Shown: piece after piece, positions 13,867-27,154 of the stretch | Layout: every line of letters starts with the position of its first letter | How positions within the stretch are numbered: the stretch's first letter is position 1 | Source of the DNA: Owenia fusiformis | Lineage: Eukaryota | NCBI GenBank assembly: GCA_903813345.2 | Contig: CAIIXF020000001.1 | Span: 24,986,001 to 25,050,000, forward strand | Direction: 5' to 3' | DNA: 64,000 nt | Program-made: the position numbers and the translations under genes | Notes under the pieces: model-generated | Seen by the model: the letters and a program-made list of their open reading frames with translations, nothing else | What the model was told of the DNA's origin: nothing | The model's database searches: none

Positions 13867-14657
13867 ACATATGTATTACTACTTCTTCTTCTGTGGAAGA
13901 AGTAGTAATACAGATGTCGACTCGCTATTTTATACATGTTCCCGGGGCCTATGGCACCAACAGTATTTTACGAGGCCCAAATTACAAAAACGATACAATA
14001 TTTGCAATCTACTCTAAATTTCCTTTCATTTGAGTATAATAAAGCTATATTTCAGAAAGATCTCAAATAATCGATAACATTAATGAGTAATGGATAAAGA
14101 CCAAGTGACAATGCCCAGATAAATTGAAAGATTTAATTTCGTTGTCAATATGCTTCTTTCTAAGATGATAGTTTATTCAGACCTTCTCACATTCATAAAA
14201 ATATTTCTGGGTTCAGTTTTATGTACTTTTAGACCATGGCCTATTAGATCTTGAAGCTGGAAACAAGCTACGAGGCTTGATAAAAAACAATGCTCTCAAA
14301 GAGATGATTGTCGTGTCATCAGTTCAGCAGGACAAAAAAAGATAATCAATTTACTTTTAATACAATTTACAAAGATACAGATACATACATACATGTATTT
14401 ACTCAATTAAAACCAATTTAAAACGCTTGTGTGTTAGTATTAGTTGTTTTTTTAGTTGACCGACTGCAAAAATCGTCCGAAGCGTTTTAAATTACTTTTA
14501 TATTTGGAATAGTGTTTCAAAGTTACTGTATTTTGCTCAGGCGAATATAACTTCTCTGATAGTGGCAATGTAACAAATTAGTTCAATGTATTGTGTCATT
14601 CACATTGTCACATTCAATCATATTGCAAGATGACATCAATGTAAGTGTGTCCGGGCA

Positions 14658-17600
14658 TCATATAGGGCCATCGTATTGTGGTAGGACATCAACCACAGTT
14701 AAACTCTTCGGGGTTCTGTTCTTTCCGATAAGCCAATGAGTCATCATATTCCCCTTACCCTGCAAGATTGACGAAACAATGAGTTGAGATTTCAAGTACA
14801 GGAATAATTAAAATTCAACACGTTTGAAATTAGAGTTGAATTATTTTATTTCCGGTTGATATAACGTCTTGGCGTTAGTGAAATCGAACGCGATTTCAAC
14901 TGATTGGATAACATGATGTGATCATGAGTAGGTTATGTGAGTGGATACACGATGGGATCGTGTTATTCTGCGAGTAGCAACCGAAGCGTTTATACACAGT
15001 TTTAGCATGATGCGTCTATTTTTGATGCATTCGGTCTGTATCATTTAGCCCTTGTTATATGCTTATATTGATACCTATACACGATGAACAGAGGATGCAT
15101 GTACTGCAATACCGTCAATGTGTTTCTACATTGGATTGATACTCATCTTTCATGCTGATGCAGTAAGAAAATCAGCGATTTGGCAAGGGTAAGAAGTAGT
15201 TTATATTGAAACAAGTATTACAATTTCGTGAGATGTTCCTCAGATAGAAAAGATTGTTGATTGGTTAGAGTAATTGGACCTTTTATGAAAATGCTCTGCA
15301 TAAACGATTTAAACGATTTTATACATGTAAACCCGAAAAGTGACCATGTGATCGTTTGAGTTTCAGTAACATCGAAAGATGCGACGCTACCCGAGAAGTG
15401 CGCTGGTGCATGAGAAAAAGTCAACGCTGAGGACCAATGTTTGGATTGTGAGTAACGCTAAACAAGGAGGGTTCAGCTATCGCAATGAATAAGATAAGTA
15501 GTTGTTAAGGTACAGCTGGAAAGTAACATTTTGGTAAAAAATTGCTATACCTGCACATGTTATTTTCTGGTACAAAATAAAGTATGAAGGCATGTGTCAA
15601 TTTCCTTGCTTTTTTCAGGAAAGTATCATTACATTGTCTTCTTTTAGAATATCTGGTAGGGGTTCAATGGAAACTCCAGAAAATTCTGATATTTCACACT
15701 TTCTATTTTTCCAAATTTTCTTTCAAAGTTTCCAGACAACACAGGAGCTACCATTGACCTGTTTCCAGATATTATAAAAGTAAACAGTGTAATGATACTT
15801 TCCTGAAAAAAGCAAGGAAATACACACATGACTTCATACTTAATTCTGTACCAGAAAATAACATGTGCAGGTATAGCAATTTTTTACCAAAATGTTACTT
15901 TCCAGCTGAACCTTAACAGATTTGCTTAGCATATCAAATATCCTTTTTTTAATGTAAGGATACTGAGTTTGTAAGTTTTGCTAAAAATATTTAGATTGGT
16001 CACAGGTGCAGGAGCACTAAAGATTGCAAGATCTATGGTTCAGTCACGGGCGAGACGCCACACTGCTACATACGTTGGATATTTGTAACTTGACTGTCAA
16101 ATGTTCATGTTTTTGAAATCATTCAGATATTTAGGTGACGACGCAACTGGTACTTTTTCCGAAGATTTGCAGAAACCGCATTTTAGGTGTTTTTAGGGAG
16201 ATGGGATCCATACAAACAAACATCCTATTCATATGTGGCAGATTTTAAACCGGAGTTACGGTTTTAGGATTGTTAAGTTGTTTCAGACATGGTAATAGCA
16301 AATATGCTCCCTCGGATTTTGCAAAAAACAGCGTTGGGCAAAGAATTTTAAAATGTTATTTTATAGCAAACGTTTTTCAAATGAACTCTGTGTTGCGCAT
16401 ATACACAGATAGATATTACAATTATAGTTTTTGTATAAAGTTGTGCAACGTAAGCATTTTAATGTTGTAAGTCATGACAAACAAATAACGAGTTGTGTTA
16501 CTGAGAAGTCATTGAATTGTTAAATGTCGTTGATTGGTGATCCATATTGGTATAGCATAATTACAAGCTAATAACGCGTATTTGTATTTAGAACAAACAT
16601 TTATTGTTGTGAATAGTTACCGGGAAGGTTGGATTCAGGCATACACCTTGGATACTTCATATCCTGCAAATAAAATTGTACTCTTGTATTTTCATATCTT
16701 TTATTATCAAGAGGATACTTGGATTCTACAGATTCATAATGAATTTTTTGTAAGCTATATGTTATCGCAAACATGTTCGTTTGCTACTCAAAACATTCAT
16801 TCATATTTAGAAATGATCAAAATGCCATTAAGGGGCTCTGTGAGTTATCATAACAGTCTTTTTGGTTGGGAAATGTCGTGAATCGTTATCAGGAGGGTAG
16901 GGTTCAGGCATATGTTTTTAGATACCGATTATCCGTACAAGAATAAATTGTATACTGTATAAGTTTCTATATTCAGAACTTTTCTTCTTCAAAGATAAGT
17001 TGCTTAATTATGGAGAATATTTTATTTGACTAATTCAGTTAAACAAACTGTTTGATCAAATGAGTTCTAAGAGTAGTCGTATTCAGCCTCAAACAGTTAA
17101 TGTTGATAGATGCAAAAAGGTTACTAGAATATTTTAATTTACATGTTCATAAATAGCTTTTTAGCTTAAATATCGGGGAGCGATATCGTTGAATACTGGT
17201 CATGTGAAATAGAAGTGAAATGCTGATCTATAAAAGTGAATTGTATAATATCAGCATTTTAAGTTTTCTAATAAGGTGTTTATACCAACAGTTCGGTCTA
17301 GTATCTCTGTTTATAACATTGATGAATAGGGTCTTTGAAGGTATGTTGTGAATCGATGGGTAGTCGGATTCAGACATATGCTTGGTACGCATACTTTACA
17401 ATAATCTGGTTGTATATGCTTACTTTTCGTCTTTAACACTCTTGTTTTCGATTTGTTTGAAAATCGATAGATACTTTTCTAAGGCGATTAGAAGATTTTG
17501 AATAAATACTTAAATAGTCTGATTAGGTAGGTGATTTCCCTATTATAATCATTTAGGTTTAAAACCTGGACTATTTTTATTTAGAACATAGTTGAATTGT

Positions 17601-20600
17601 CTTGACTCGAGACTGGGAGTAGTCAGATTTGGACATTTACTTTGGTTACATTGTTAGATAAATGCATAGTTATTGCATGTTGAATATAGTTTCTCGAAGA
17701 TTAAATAAAAACTTGCAGAGTTGCTCCATACTTGAGACATTTTGAAATAAGCGTTAGCTTAGTGTGTGACTCATGGTCCAAATGATAATTGTACATTTCT
17801 AGAGTTTACTGTATATAGCATAGAGAAATCGATGTAAGATAGACAATGGTTTGAGTTTATACATTGGGTATTTTGATCCAGGTATGTTCCCTGGATGATC
17901 CATGTTTTTTGGCAAACATTGATGTTTAAAATTTGTTACTGCATATAATTTTGGTTAAAATTAAACAAGTTATTTGAAAGATGATCAAATCTTTTTGGGA
18001 CTAGTTTAGTTCAAGCGACTGTGTTGGATCTAGTTCAGTTTTATTGAACGATACTTAGGCACGGTACTTAGGTATGCATTTGTGTCATCTATAGTTTATA
18101 CAGTTGAAAAGTCTTTAAGAAGAAAGATGAAATGCAAAGAAACTATTTTGAGCTGGCATATTCACAGATGTATTTAGGATGCAGAGCGAAGTTGAAATAT
18201 TGCATTTTTAGATTTTTAAAGAATCAAACGAATTTTTGTGAATTGATTTTTGAAGAAATACACTTGGTAAATTACATATTTGGACTCTGACTTAGGATTG
18301 TCATTATGTTTGGCATTATAGCCATTACGTTGAGTAGTTGTTCTGTTGAATAAAAATTGTTGTCATGCTTGACACTATAGCCATGACGTTGAATAGTTGT
18401 TAATATGGTTTTAAGATGATAGTTGTGTTCTTAACAACATTTATAATATTAGTGCGACAAACACATTAGAGAAGTGTTCGTTAGCTAATTGCATTCTATA
18501 TTGAATATGTTTGGCATTATGGCCATTACGTTGAGTAGTTGTTCTGTTAAAGCACAGTTGGCACTCCGACATAAAAATTGTTATGTTTGGCATAATTACC
18601 AGTACGTCGAATAGTTGTTCTGTTGAAGTACAGTTGGAACTCCGACGTGAAAATTGTTGTCATGTTTGGCATTATTTCCAGTGCGTCGAAAAGTTGTTCT
18701 GTTGTAATACAGTTGGAACTCCGACGTAAAAATTGTTATCATGTTTGGCATTGTAGCCATTACGTCGAGCAGTTGTTCTGATGCAGTACAGTTCGAACTC
18801 TGACGTAAAAGTCTATTTGTATCGTGGGTTGACGGATTCATATAATGCGTCGAACGCAGGTACAATTTAGCAACCTCAAAAGAGGTTTGTCGCTTGGAGC
18901 GACAATGCGATATTTGCATGTTTTTAATGCTAGTTCTGTGTAATTTCAGGAAATACAACCCATAGTAGGGTATGGACACACGCCTAAATGAATACTGGAA
19001 CACAAGTTGCCCTTATAAGATAGATACAAGTGTGATATAAACAAGATGCTTTGGACTGATTCAAGAAGACTACTTGGTTGGATTGAGATCCATATAAGAC
19101 AGATACAAGAAATACAACCCATAGTAGGGTATGGACACAAGCCTAAGTGAACACTGGAACACATTTTGTCCATACAAGATAGATACAAGCGTGATATAGG
19201 TTAGATGCATTGAGCTGATGACTAGAAGACTTTACTTTGTTGGATTGAGATCCGTATAAGATAGATACATGTACGTGTGATACAGAGAAGATGCCTTGGA
19301 CTGATTCAAGGAAGACTACCTTTGTTGGAAAGTCTCAATGAAAAGACATTTCGAGCTTTGGACACTAGTTTGCCCGTTTTTTAGGAGGTTCTGGCGTAGC
19401 TGCTGGCTCGAATTTAATCCTATAATATATATGATATTATGTTGTGTGGTTTGTGGTGAAGACTGTTTAATTAGGAAATAATTAAAATTCAACACGTTTG
19501 AAATTAGAGTTGAATTATTTTATTTCCGGTTGATATAACGTCTTGGCGTTAGTGAAATCGAACGCGATTTCAACTGATTGGATAACATGATGTGATCATG
19601 AGTAGGTTATGTGAGTGGATACACGATGGGATCGTGTTATTCTGCGAGTAGCAACCGAAGCGTTTATACACAGTTTTAGTTAATGTTGTAAGTTGTCATA
19701 CAACCGATTCGAAATTTTAGTTTTATTGTTCGAGGAGGCATACCTTTTTCCCTTTCGAAAGTCACAAATATTTTGATCTGGGTTTTAACGGTGTCAGGTC
19801 GATAAACTAAAGTTTTTCATATTGAAGTCAATGAACACTTTCTTTAGTGCTATTGACCAAATCAACGTTTTTGAATAAAGTATACGTGTTCTGACGTTGA
19901 TGTAACCTGTTCCCAATAATTACTATTTTGGGAAGTATATTTTTCTGCAATTATTACAAAGCATTGCATAGCATAGGATGTTAATTAAGTTAATTAAAAC
20001 ATTTAGATATTAGGTTTCTAAGAAGCAATTATGTAATTTGCATATAAATCTGAAACTTAAGGCATGGCTTTTTACTGACAGCGCATTGTATCTAAGCGAA
20101 TAAACATGTATTTAAGTGCGTTTCTGTCATATTGTTTCAAGGAAGGTACAAAGTTTTTCTTTTTAAGATATTGATTATATCCGGAAGTCCTTTATATTTT
20201 TAGATATGTAATATCTATTTCCAGAAGGGCATCAATTTTGGTATTTTAAAATGATAGTTGTGTTCCTTAACAACATTTACAGTAGTTGTGTTATATCAGT
20301 GTGACAAACACATTAAGAGAAGTGCTTGTCAGCTAATTGCATTTTATATTAAACAGATAGTATTTAGATTTACAACGTTTCGAAGAATTGTACTTTTGCT
20401 TTTGTTGCAATACGAGATCAGTTTGTATAAGGGTTTGTAAAGCTTGGTGCTTTCCAGATATTATATTGTTCATCACAATAGTTTTAGAAGATTGTATGAT
20501 TTTTGTAGTCCGGTCGTGGATTCTTGTGACAATCACGGAATTTTTGTCTTTTGTGACCAACAATGTCGCATATTACGACAGTCTATTAAAGAAGCAAGTT

Positions 20601-23600
20601 TCATTAACTTTCTGAGTTACGTGTTTTGCCAAAAGGCAATGTTATTGTTACAGTGCATGTCTGTAGACAGTGATTTAGATTATTGTTATGTATTAATGAC
20701 AGTGCGTGGTTACTGTATTAGATAGTGAGGTATGTTACTCACAGATTTTGCATAGTGCTAGAAGGCACTATATACGTGTGTTCCTTATACAAGTTTTTTT
20801 ATAGTGCAAGTTGACAGATAGTCACAATTTAGAATTGGTTTATTCCGAAATTTGTGAATTAATTTGAGATCTTTGACGTGTTAACAAACGTGTAGCCACA
20901 ATGGCTTTAATGACAGTTGATCATTAGATATTGATGGGTTGTTGGATTTAGATGTTATAATTAGGCACACGGTGCCTTTTTGGTGTCTTGAAGGCAGTTA
21001 AACATCGTAAATCAGCAGCGAGGTTGGGAGCCGAGGACGGATGTTGGGTATCTTTGAACCTAAGAGGTTTCTGGCATTAATGCCATCGGCATCGTGGCCG
21101 CTATGACATTGGCATCGTGGCCGTCATAGGTACCTGGATGCATCGCGAACTGGCTACATTTTTTCATTTTTTCACTCATTCTTTGTATCCGATGTACTTA
21201 ATGCTATTCCAATAAACGCGGGCTGCTGGCTCGAATTTAATCCTATAATATATATGATATTATGTTGTGTGGTTTGTGGTGAAGACTGTTTAATTAGGAA
21301 ATAATTACACAGGACACCACATACGTGTAACTTAAAAACAGATGTCATTTTTGTTAACTTTGAGTGCTTCTACTAATCGAAAAGAAATATTGTCAAATTC
21401 TTTGTTTGGAATCCTTGAACTTGCTGTTTCCACTACGATCATTTTATATTCAACCAAGGCCAGGAATGTCTCTACAGACGTAGGACAATAATTGACACTA
21501 CCATTTCTGTCGCATCGGTATTACATATTTCACTGAGATGGCTATAGAAAGTTATTGGGCATAACTTAATTGAATAAGAAAAATTGTAATTATGACAAGA
21601 GGGGACAATAAACGTGTTGGATAATTAAGAAATATAGACCGAAGAGCGGGAGTACTATTGTCGAATACACCCCGCAGGGCTAGCACACAGTGACTTTATA
21701 TAGTCGTAACTTATTGTACTTTTCTTACACCCTTTCACCGACTGATCTAGATTAAGAAGTAATTGGCCATGTTTTTTATTTATGTTTGCTATGCTTATTA
21801 TCCATTCCCAATATCAACCTCTACTCGGTCATTACCTTGCCCAGTTTTTTACCTTAATGTGTGTCATGCCTCTCTCCTCTGTAATAAACTTGCCGGTTCT
21901 CTCAAGGGCCGAATGCATAGCGTGAGATATGTGGATTTTCTGTGCTGCACAAACAGGCGTAGGAGATATATTAATTGCAATATTTATGGATTTAATACGA
22001 ATAACTCATTCTGTCAATACAGTAAAGTTATTCAAAATGGAAAGTTGCAAAATTCACATTTAATGAAAGAGCTCGTGATAATGACAATCGCATGTAAGTC
22101 ATGTTATTTTCGATACGATCATTTTACTTACGCTCTCCGCTTGTTTGCATTCTTGCAGCTGTATTAACGGTATCACCAAATAGGCAATACCTTGGCATTC
22201 TGTTTCCAACAATTCCTGCTACCACTGGGCCTTAAACAGGATGTGATTGAAAAGGTTACTTTACATATTAGGGAATTAGCTATTGAGGTCACCATTTGTG
22301 TTGTTTGTTTTTAAATATTGCCTTCGCGCTCTCTTGAAAGCCCATGTCATTAACAAGCTCAACAAAGTTAATGACGTTCTTGTATTTTGTACTTCAACTC
22401 ATTGTTAAATGTACATAAACATGCCAACTATACAAGCCGATTTAGATCAAAGACATTTTAGATGATTTTTCCAGTCTATGAGTCTAGATGTTCACATCAT
22501 GGTTTGAAAGAAAATTAGCCAACATGCTAATAAGAAAATCTCAAAAATCTTAATATCAGGGATCTTAAATAAAAAAGCAAGACAAGTACCTGTATGCATG
22601 CCGACCTGTAGTTGGATCTCCATACCTGGTAGATCGGATACAGCAACTCTCTTGACCCTGTAGATTACATCAAGTGCCAGAAGAGCTATCTCCAGAGTAT
22701 GTCGATCACCATTCCTGTGCGGTAGACCACTTGCGACCATGTAAACATCATTGATTGTCTCTACCTTATACACGTCATAACACTCGATCCTCTCATCGAG
22801 AAATGTATAGACAGTGTTGAGAAGATTCACCACCTGTCTAGGAGGGAGAGACGATGAGAGATCGGTGAAGCCAACAACATTACTGAAGTACACCGACACA
22901 CTCCCGAATTTCTCGGCGATGATCCGCTTATCGTTCTTTCGTCGCTTTAATCTCATCGCTACAATTCTTGGTATCATTTGAAACAGTAAATACTCAGTTT
23001 TCCGTTTCTCTTTTTTGAGCTGCTTCTTTTGTGTTTCTAGCTCTTTTGTGTAATTCGTAATGCCAGATGTAGCTTTGTAAAACATAAAGGTTAGAGTTGG
23101 AATGATGCATACGATTACAAGAAGGGTAATGATTTCACGAATCATCGCGTCATTGGCATTGTTAAATCCAAGCTTTAGGTCCTCAAGATGGTCCGCAAGT
23201 ACCATATCCCTCATGCTACCCAATGTCTCGATTTGGTACGTTTTGTTCGAAAACCAAACCAGTGCTTTGTAGCGCTGTGATCCTAAATCCGAACGACGCT
23301 CTGTAATTTCTGCTGTCATGTTTTCTAAACGTGCTTCGTACCCGGGAAGTACCCACTGCTCTTCGTAAAATGAATTCAGATCGGCATCCAATTCCCTAAC
23401 TTTGTTCATGTAAAATTCTGACAAAGCATTATTTTCAAGAAAATATTGAAAGTTGTTTTCATTCAGTCGACCATTTATAAAATAAACCGATCCAAGTGCT
23501 CGTTGTATCCCTATTCGGTCTTGGATATCTAGCAAATAACCGACGGCGATATCATTTTGCCACTCAGTGGTATCTTCATCGTAGGTTGCTTCATCGGGAT

Positions 23601-24186
23601 CGTAAATTGTAGACATAATCCAGTCCGTTATGTTACCAATTACCATTGTATAGAAGTTCAGTTCCTTTCGTACTGTAGTGCGAGTTCCAAATCGCGACAC
23701 AGTGGCCCGTCTGTCTTGGAGCACAGTTTTGAAGTCCAGTACGTTATCAAACGGAAAATCATCTGAGGTATCGGGCCACTCGGTAACAGAATTTATGGAA
23801 TGATCGGTAATGAGATAATGAGCATACATCTTTTGAAAAATGTCAGTATCGTAAGACTCTATGTACATGGATGTAAGTCCACGTTCTACTTGGAGTGCCT
23901 CGATCACTTTGCTGACATCAGCGAGAATAAGGACAGAGTTGTATTCGTTACTCGCCCATGTGTTCTTCTTCTGAGCATTAAATAAGTTGACGATAGATTG
24001 TGCGGTGAGGGCCAGTAAAGGAATTAAAAGAAGTGTGAGGAGTTTGATAAGTTGGATTCTTCTTCCATTCCTTGTAGATAGATCAGGGTTCAAAATAACA
24101 TTCGCCATCCGCCATTTTTGTAACGACAAACTCTCCACAGAGGCTTCTGAGTCTATTCGTTCTGTTCGTTGAAAGAAATTCTCCAT
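14658..24186 (-). CDS. NIT-domain, two-transmembrane guanylate-cyclase-like protein (NIT-GC-A), 4 coding exons, about 629 aa
   Basis: Exons 24186-22590, 22230-22132 ([33 protein letters not shown]), 21944-21853 ([15 protein letters not shown]) and 14759-14658 ([12 protein letters not shown]..stop), all GT-AG and in phase. Architecture: TM1, NIT motifs LQVERG and GIQRALG, TM2, coiled coil (..[11 protein letters not shown]), class III cyclase domain. Confidence 0.9.
14803..21307. mobile_element. Non-autonomous element with split direct repeats A1...B1A2...B2 (tyrosine-recombinase retroelement-like)
   Basis: A1 14803-15005 matches A2 19477-19679 (203 bp); B1 19399-19484 matches B2 21222-21307 (86 bp); both pairs are identical by eye. 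AATAATTA is present at all three junctions. No TIRs and no long ORF. Confidence 0.75.
15509..15912. mobile_element. Near-palindromic MITE with TTAA target duplication (Kolobok-like GG...CC ends), nested in the split-repeat element
   Basis: TTAA|GGTACAGCTGGAAAGTAACATTTTGG ... CCAAAATGTTACTTTCCAGCTGAACC|TTAA, with arms longer than 130 bp. Confidence 0.85.
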
Positions 24187-24662
24187 CGTTTCATTTGGTT
24201 AGGTCCAACAGTTACTTCTTATTTTCCTGATTACTGAAAATGGGTAACAGCATTAAGATAGTCGTCATGTTGATACAGGACCTTCAGAAAATAGTTTCCT
24301 TGTATCTTCCATCATTTGCCTCTGCTGTATATCATAAGAAAGTGTTCTGAAATAGAATCAAAAGTTCCTTTATTTTCTTTAATTAAGCAAAATAGATCTA
24401 GAGGGCCGTAATGAGATTATTTATCCAATGAAACTACTACTTCCAGGTGAATAACACGGGGGGATATTTTTGGTATTGAGAATGCGTATTCTCCCTCCCA
24501 ATCCCTCTCACGAAAATCGTATTCACCTCCCAATTCCACTCACAAAAATCGTATTCACCTCATGGGAATGCCTGCCAAACAATACTTTTTATTTCGTTCA
24601 GTTTGCTCGATAAATCGAGCTATGGTGGTGGTCATCATTTTAAAAAAATATCTTTTGCACAT

Positions 24663-25165
24663 ATAGTTCCACATATCATTTACATGACCGGGAACACAAT
24701 GGAAATGGTCAGAATGACCATAAACATGATGAAATAACCTTTTCAGCCCTCTGAAAATGTGACTGAAAAATAGCTAAATGTAGGTGCTCAGGAAAGGTCA
24801 ATGAACAGAATCTTTTGATTTTTCAGAAAATGTGTCCAGTATATTGCTCTAAATGATACAATCTTTGAAATTTTGAAAAAATTGTCTGAAACAATAATGG
24901 CTGTAGTAAAAATGAAAATAGATCAATTTTCACTTCAGTTTTTTCTCTTTCTAAGAATGATATCAAATTTTTTTAAATTGTATCATTTAGAGCAATATAT
25001 TGGGCACATTTTCTGAAAAAGTCAAAAGATTCTGTTCAGTGACCTTTCCTGAGCACCTACTCTTAGCTATTTTTCAGTCACATTGAGAGCTGAAAATGTT
25101 TCATCATGTTTATGTTCATTCTGACCATTTCCATTGTGTTCCCGGTCATGTAAATGATATTTGGA
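24663..25165. mobile_element. Fold-back MITE-like inverted repeat upstream of NIT-GC-A
   Basis: ATATCATTTACATGACCGGGAACACAATGG... versus ...CCATTGTGTTCCCGGTCATGTAAATGATAT, with about 210-bp arms. Exact termini and TSD are not resolved. Confidence 0.75.
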
Positions 25166-27154
25166 ACTAGTTAAACTGACTGGAGGTCCAAACAGAACTC
25201 TGTTATCTTGGTTCAAAAAACTTTTTGTTTTGTCATTTCCTGTTAACTTCCATTGCACCTTAAATGAACTGCTTATTGAACCGATAGAAAATGCTACGAC
25301 GTGTAAGATTCTGTAATATTGAATCTTAAGTCCTTCACTTGTCATAAACTGAAAATGTTCCTGCAAGGTCATTAATGATTTATTTCCTGATTGAGTCTCT
25401 TTTCATCCAGATACAAAACCATCAAGTTATTAACGACATTCCCCATAATTACGTCGCTGTAATAGTCTTAGGGTCAAATGAGAGCGGATTTATTGGAGAA
25501 GCATCCAAGCGTCATTGTTTACTTCACTTTTTCAATCAATCAGATGCGAGTAGGTAGTTACCAGTTTCACCACCAGGTGGCTGATTCGGGATTCGGTTTA
25601 ACATATATATAAGAAAGTCCCCTTCACCTTAAATATCATCAGTTTAAGTGGATCAATTTTCATATAATCCTTATGTGTCTGATAATTATATAAACGAAAA
25701 TATGTCCAGTAAAAGAAATAGTATCTTCAAAGTTGTTAAATACTTTTTTAAATCACATTTCTAATACCTCACTTCAAGTTTCTACTCGCATCTAGTATAT
25801 TCTTTCGACCTTTTTAGATTATATTTCATTTGGCATCCCAGAATTCTTCAGAAAATAGAATTAGGATTTAAAGGTTTTTGGCATGCGTTTTTAAAATAGA
25901 TATTGATAATTAATCAATATTTACAAATTTTTGCCAAGCATGCGCAACCGTGACAATGATCAATTGGTATATGGAATATTGCATATGAGCGAAGACTTAA
26001 AGTACAACTTAAATTTCACTTACCAATAATGATATTATGTCATATGTTCATAGCTATGTGACTTAATTACCAGCAGTAGTCTTCTGTCGACGACCGGCTT
26101 CGCTACTACCACAGAAAATGGTGATATAAGACACCCCTGGTCAAAAGATGAAATGCAATCCCCACCTGTATTTCCTGTTTTTGATACTGCAAGAGAACTT
26201 TTCCTTGGCATGTAATTTAAGGAATTGAGCGTCATTATTGGGTAACCATGACAACCAAGACTTAATGAAGTATCTAGCGTTGATGAATCGAAGCAGACAA
26301 ACAGAATTAGGCTCCAAATCGGATGGTGGCACATAGAATTTGATTAAAAATATAATACTCCTTGTTATTTCCGTGTTCTAGGTAAGGTAATAATAAAAGT
26401 AATACTCATAAATACAAGGACATCGTGTTGTGTGGATGGAAATTACAGAGAAGCCATTTTGAACTCATTCGGAGATGGATAAGATTTCTCATCATTTGAT
26501 TAGCCATAGTAAATTAAATCATGGATGTGTGAAAAGAATAACTGGAGAGTTAAAACATTTTTATTTTTCAAAGCAGTTTATTTAATATCATTTTCACATT
26601 AGCAGTCTATATGAATACACATACAAATGTTTATTTAACACACTGTTTCTAAACAATCTGTTCCGAATAGACCATCTTTTATTCTTGTTTTTCTTATATA
26701 TGATAACCATCAATTACTCTCATGTACATGTATTACACATTAATCTTCTAATGTTGTATGCTCCTTAGATTTTCTTTTACTTTTCCCATCTCTTTTCCAA
26801 TTCAATCAATCAGATTGTTGGTTGAAAAAGCTTTCAATGGAGACACATTTGGTATACTTACTAATACAATGGCTGAAATGGACACCACTTCCAGTCCTAT
26901 GGATGGACTCGCGTCTATCTAAATTATTTATAGCCACTATAATAATCATATCAATTTATTTTGTATATCTACATTTTGTTACAAAAAAACTCATCGCCTG
27001 GGCGCCGGATTGAAAATCGGAGCAAATGTGACCAAGGCGTAACACATGCTTGGATGGGCATGGGCAAATATCATGACGGTATAAGAAGCTGTGCCATCTA
27101 AAAGGCATTCGTACATCAATTCAAATCACGGTACATTGGTTAGCTTTGTTTGTT

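Noticed and set aside
13060-13937. 31-bp repeats as a CRISPR array, or their ORFs as genes
   Set aside because: The units are contiguous with no unique spacers, there are no cas genes, and the context is eukaryotic.
14803-19679. A1/A2 as the LTRs of a conventional LTR retrotransposon
   Set aside because: No TG...CA ends, no TSD around A1-A2 and no evident PBS or PPT; the B repeats extend the structure to 21307.
22492-22589. Hydrophobic C-terminus of the 564-aa ORF as a third TM segment
   Set aside because: It is intron read-through past the GT donor at 22589; the true frame continues in exon 22230-22132.
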